A program made the position numbers and the translations under genes. The notes beneath the pieces are model-generated. The model was not told where the DNA came from. It searched no databases and saw nothing but the letters and a program-made list of their open reading frames with translations. A stretch of DNA of 63,798 bases, counting the filler, from Octopus bimaculoides (lineage: Eukaryota), in assembly GCF_001194135.2 (NCBI RefSeq). It is 4 parts of 4 records of this genome, joined end to end, with 100 filler letters (N's around TTAATTAATTAA, not from the genome) between each part and the next. Parts side by side here need not be neighbours in the genome. Positions count along the whole stretch, not along the records: positions 56,864 to 63,798 come from NC_069002.1; 3 more parts are not named here. One strand, written 5' to 3'. Each line of letters begins with the position of its first letter. The first letter of the stretch is position 1. Positions 61,085 through 63,798 of the stretch are shown piece by piece.

Positions 61085-61303
61085 CGAGGTTGTGCCTAAA
61101 TGTTCTTAGCTTTGGATAAAAGAAAATACAGGAGGATCAGTTAATTATGATTTTATTCAACATATTCGCCTCTCTGATTCGCACACTTATTGGAGCGGTC
61201 ATTTAGATTTTATAAGCGCTAAAAAAAAAAAGTTACAGAACCTACAACCAAGCTTTTCACAATACCCTTAAAGCCAATAATTGAACTTTTCAGCGCTCCC
61301 TCG
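61085..61303. mobile_element. Non-autonomous mariner element
   Basis: CGAGGTTGTGCCTAAATGTTC / GAACTTTTCAGCGCTCCCTCG+TA TIRs; internal TTTTATTCAACATATTC..CACACTTATT typical of mariner ends. Confidence 0.7.
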
Positions 61304-61942
61304 TATATATGCGTGACCCCACATGGTAACCATAGAGATTACAATTGGAAGAATTAGGGGGCCAGAAACTGGGGCTAAGTGACGTCGTATATATTCTTCA
61401 ATAACCACTTCTGACTTTTCTGGATTTATGGCAAGAAGCTAAACCTTTTTGTCATACATATGGCCTTCCAGCAGCAGCCCTCTACAGCTAGGTTTTGATC
61501 ATAGTTTCCAGACGTCTGAATTGAGCCTAAGGCCCTGTTCAAAGATGTGGGGATGACTTTCGGTGTGCGGGCGCAGTAAGAGAACCTGCCGCTGTTTGGT
61601 CGTCTCCAACTATCCATATCACATCTAAAAGTATTTACAGTATTCACAAAGCATTGAGCAGGAGTCGTGATGGCAGTTAACTTTTTTCTCGACTATAACT
61701 TCAATTTATGCTCTCCAACGCCGTTGACTGTTTATCTATACATCAATGTGTTACATCAAAAAAGGAAACATTAAAAATATTGTCAAATTTAGTCCAAGCC
61801 CTGTATTTGTGTCTGTGTCTGCACCATTCAAAAACCCAAACGTATCCCGTTATGCTTCGATTACTTCTTAATCGTGTGAGCGACCGAAATAACCAAAGTT
61901 TGTATGTGTGTATGTATGTATGTATGTATGTATGTATGTATG

Positions 61943-62317
61943 TGGAAGTGCAATGGCCCAGTGGTTAGGGCAGCGGACTCGCGGTCATAGGATCGCGGTT
62001 TCGATTCCAGACCGGGCGTTGTGAGTGTTTATTGAACGAAAAAAACAGCTAAAGCTCCACGAGGCTCCGGCAGGGGATGGTGGCGAACCCTGTTGTACTA
62101 TTTCACCACAACTTTCTCTCACTCTTACTTCCTGTTTCTGTTGTGCCTGTAATTCAAAGGGTCAGCCTTGTCACACACTGTGTCACGCTGAATATGGAGT
62201 GCTGTGTCTGTGGAGTGCTCAGCCACTTGCACGTTAATTTCACGAGCAGGCTGTTCCGTTGATCGGATCAACTGGAACCCTCGACGTCGTAAGCGACGGA
62301 GTGCCAACAACAACAAA
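61943..62317 (+). mobile_element. SINE family C, full length with tRNA-derived Pol III head and (CAA)n tail
   Basis: A box TGGCCCAGTGGTTAGG, B box GGTTTCGATTCC, body shared with the 13590 and 17577 copies. Confidence 0.92.
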
Positions 62318-62640
62318 TGTATGTATGTATGCATGCATACATGTATGTATTATGTATGCATGCACGAGTGTATATATGTATGCACGCATGTATGTGTATA
62401 TACATGCGTGTATGTTTGTATGTATATATATTCTGTATGCATGTATAAACGTATGCATAAATGTATGGATGCAAATATATATATATGCATGTACGTAAAT
62501 CGTGTATGTGTGTTTATACGTATATATGTTTGTATATATATAACTATATATATGTGTGTGCATGTATTTATATATGTAGGTATGTATGCATGAGTGAATC
62601 TGTGTGTGCACGCATGCGCGTGTGTACGTGTAGAGCGTAC
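62318..62640. repeat. Degenerate (TATG)/(TG) low-complexity block
   Basis: Direct reading. Confidence 0.85.
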
Positions 62641-63165
62641 GTATCGAAGTTCACTATTTTAGTTTACAATGCGCAAAAAATAATGACCGCGATAACCATC
62701 AGTAATTAGCAACAATAATAACCAATGAGCAGAGTAATTACAACAGTAATTATGGTACTTACTTTTGTAGAAGGGGTGGACCTTTTCCTTGATACAGTTC
62801 TGTAGAAAACACCAGTAACACTTGGGTGGACATCAGCAGATATTTAAGTAAGATTAGTATCCGTGACGTGCAAGTCTCATGACGTAATGTTTCGTCTGAA
62901 TACGTTTGGCTCGATTTCTCTTGATAAGAAATGACCATGGAAAAACGACGCGAAATAAATACATACATATATGTGTGTGTGCGTGTGTGTGCGTGCGTGT
63001 GTGTGTGCGTGTGTGTGTGCGTGTGTGTGTGCGTGTGTATAATCTCACGTGTGTGTGTGTGCGTGTATGTCTGTGCGTATGTATGTGTGTGTATGTAGAT
63101 ATATGCATGTTTCTACACCTACGTATGCATACGTAAATACATACATACACACACACACACATGCA

Positions 63166-63209
<44 letters not shown>

Positions 63210-63798
63210 GGAGTGGGTAGTTGGAGTCAGCAGTCAATACGATTCTTTAATTTGCATTAACGTCGCATAGACGGCTCCGGAAGTAATTAACGGAGATATT
63301 GGTCTTGGAGAACAATCGTTATCGAATCGGTTATGGGTGTATATGGACGCCTATTGTGTAGTTTACAATATTGTTTGGTTCAGACGGCAAGCTGAAGGCG
63401 ATGCGAAATGAGACGTGGCGAGATGAGACGAGATGAACTTCGGTTCGATTCGAGACGCGTTAAAGTCATGCTTCACTTGAGAAAACCGCACTTTATAAGC
63501 TTGAGAAAGGTTACTAATATCTTTGAGAAGGGGAAAATGGCACTTTGAGAAAGTCTTGAATTTACAGGATTCTGTCCTGTTATCTATTATTTCATGTTTG
63601 TAACACATGATTATTAAGAGAAGATTGTCGATAGAACAGACACTACTATAACTTAGCTACTTATTTTTAAGGACCTGGAAATGATCAATGGCAATATTAG
63701 TTTCTCTACAGGGCCCAACTCGCTCTTGCGTGTGCGTGTATATGTGCGTGAGTGGGTATGCATATTAGTGCGTGTGTGTATATATACATATATATATA

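Noticed and set aside
61943-62020. tRNA gene
   Set aside because: A and B boxes present but no acceptor-stem closure; continues directly into the SINE C body

Overview
Eukaryotic, AT-rich, repeat-dominated draft-assembly DNA with about 20 N-gaps. The microsatellite load and SINE/LINE families point to a coleoid cephalopod, most likely Octopus; this is inferred from remembered repeat families, not from a search. No complete protein-coding gene, rRNA, true tRNA gene or CRISPR array is supportable, and nearly all ORF-track entries are microsatellite or N-run artefacts. The window is a mosaic of decayed non-LTR retroelements (RTE, BovB-like RTE, CR1-like, R4/Dong-like restriction-like-endonuclease elements, Penelope), at least four tRNA-derived SINE families, DNA-transposon relics (hAT/Buster, mariner) and MITEs (Tc1/mariner, Tigger-like, hAT, piggyBac-like, Helentron-type). 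Main second-look signals: (1) at least four minimal type-I hammerhead ribozyme motifs of three sequence families with palindromic stem III, each carrying core lesions; (2) several distinct R4/Dong-like 3' ends sitting in (TAA)n arrays; (3) a shift from CpG-depleted to CpG-retaining DNA near 28-30.5 kb, next to ETS/CCAAT motifs, suggesting a methylated gene body to the left with weak candidate exons; (4) several templated-insertion or inversion scars. Repeat boundaries were read by eye and are approximate unless target-site duplications (TSDs) or terminal inverted repeats (TIRs) are quoted.
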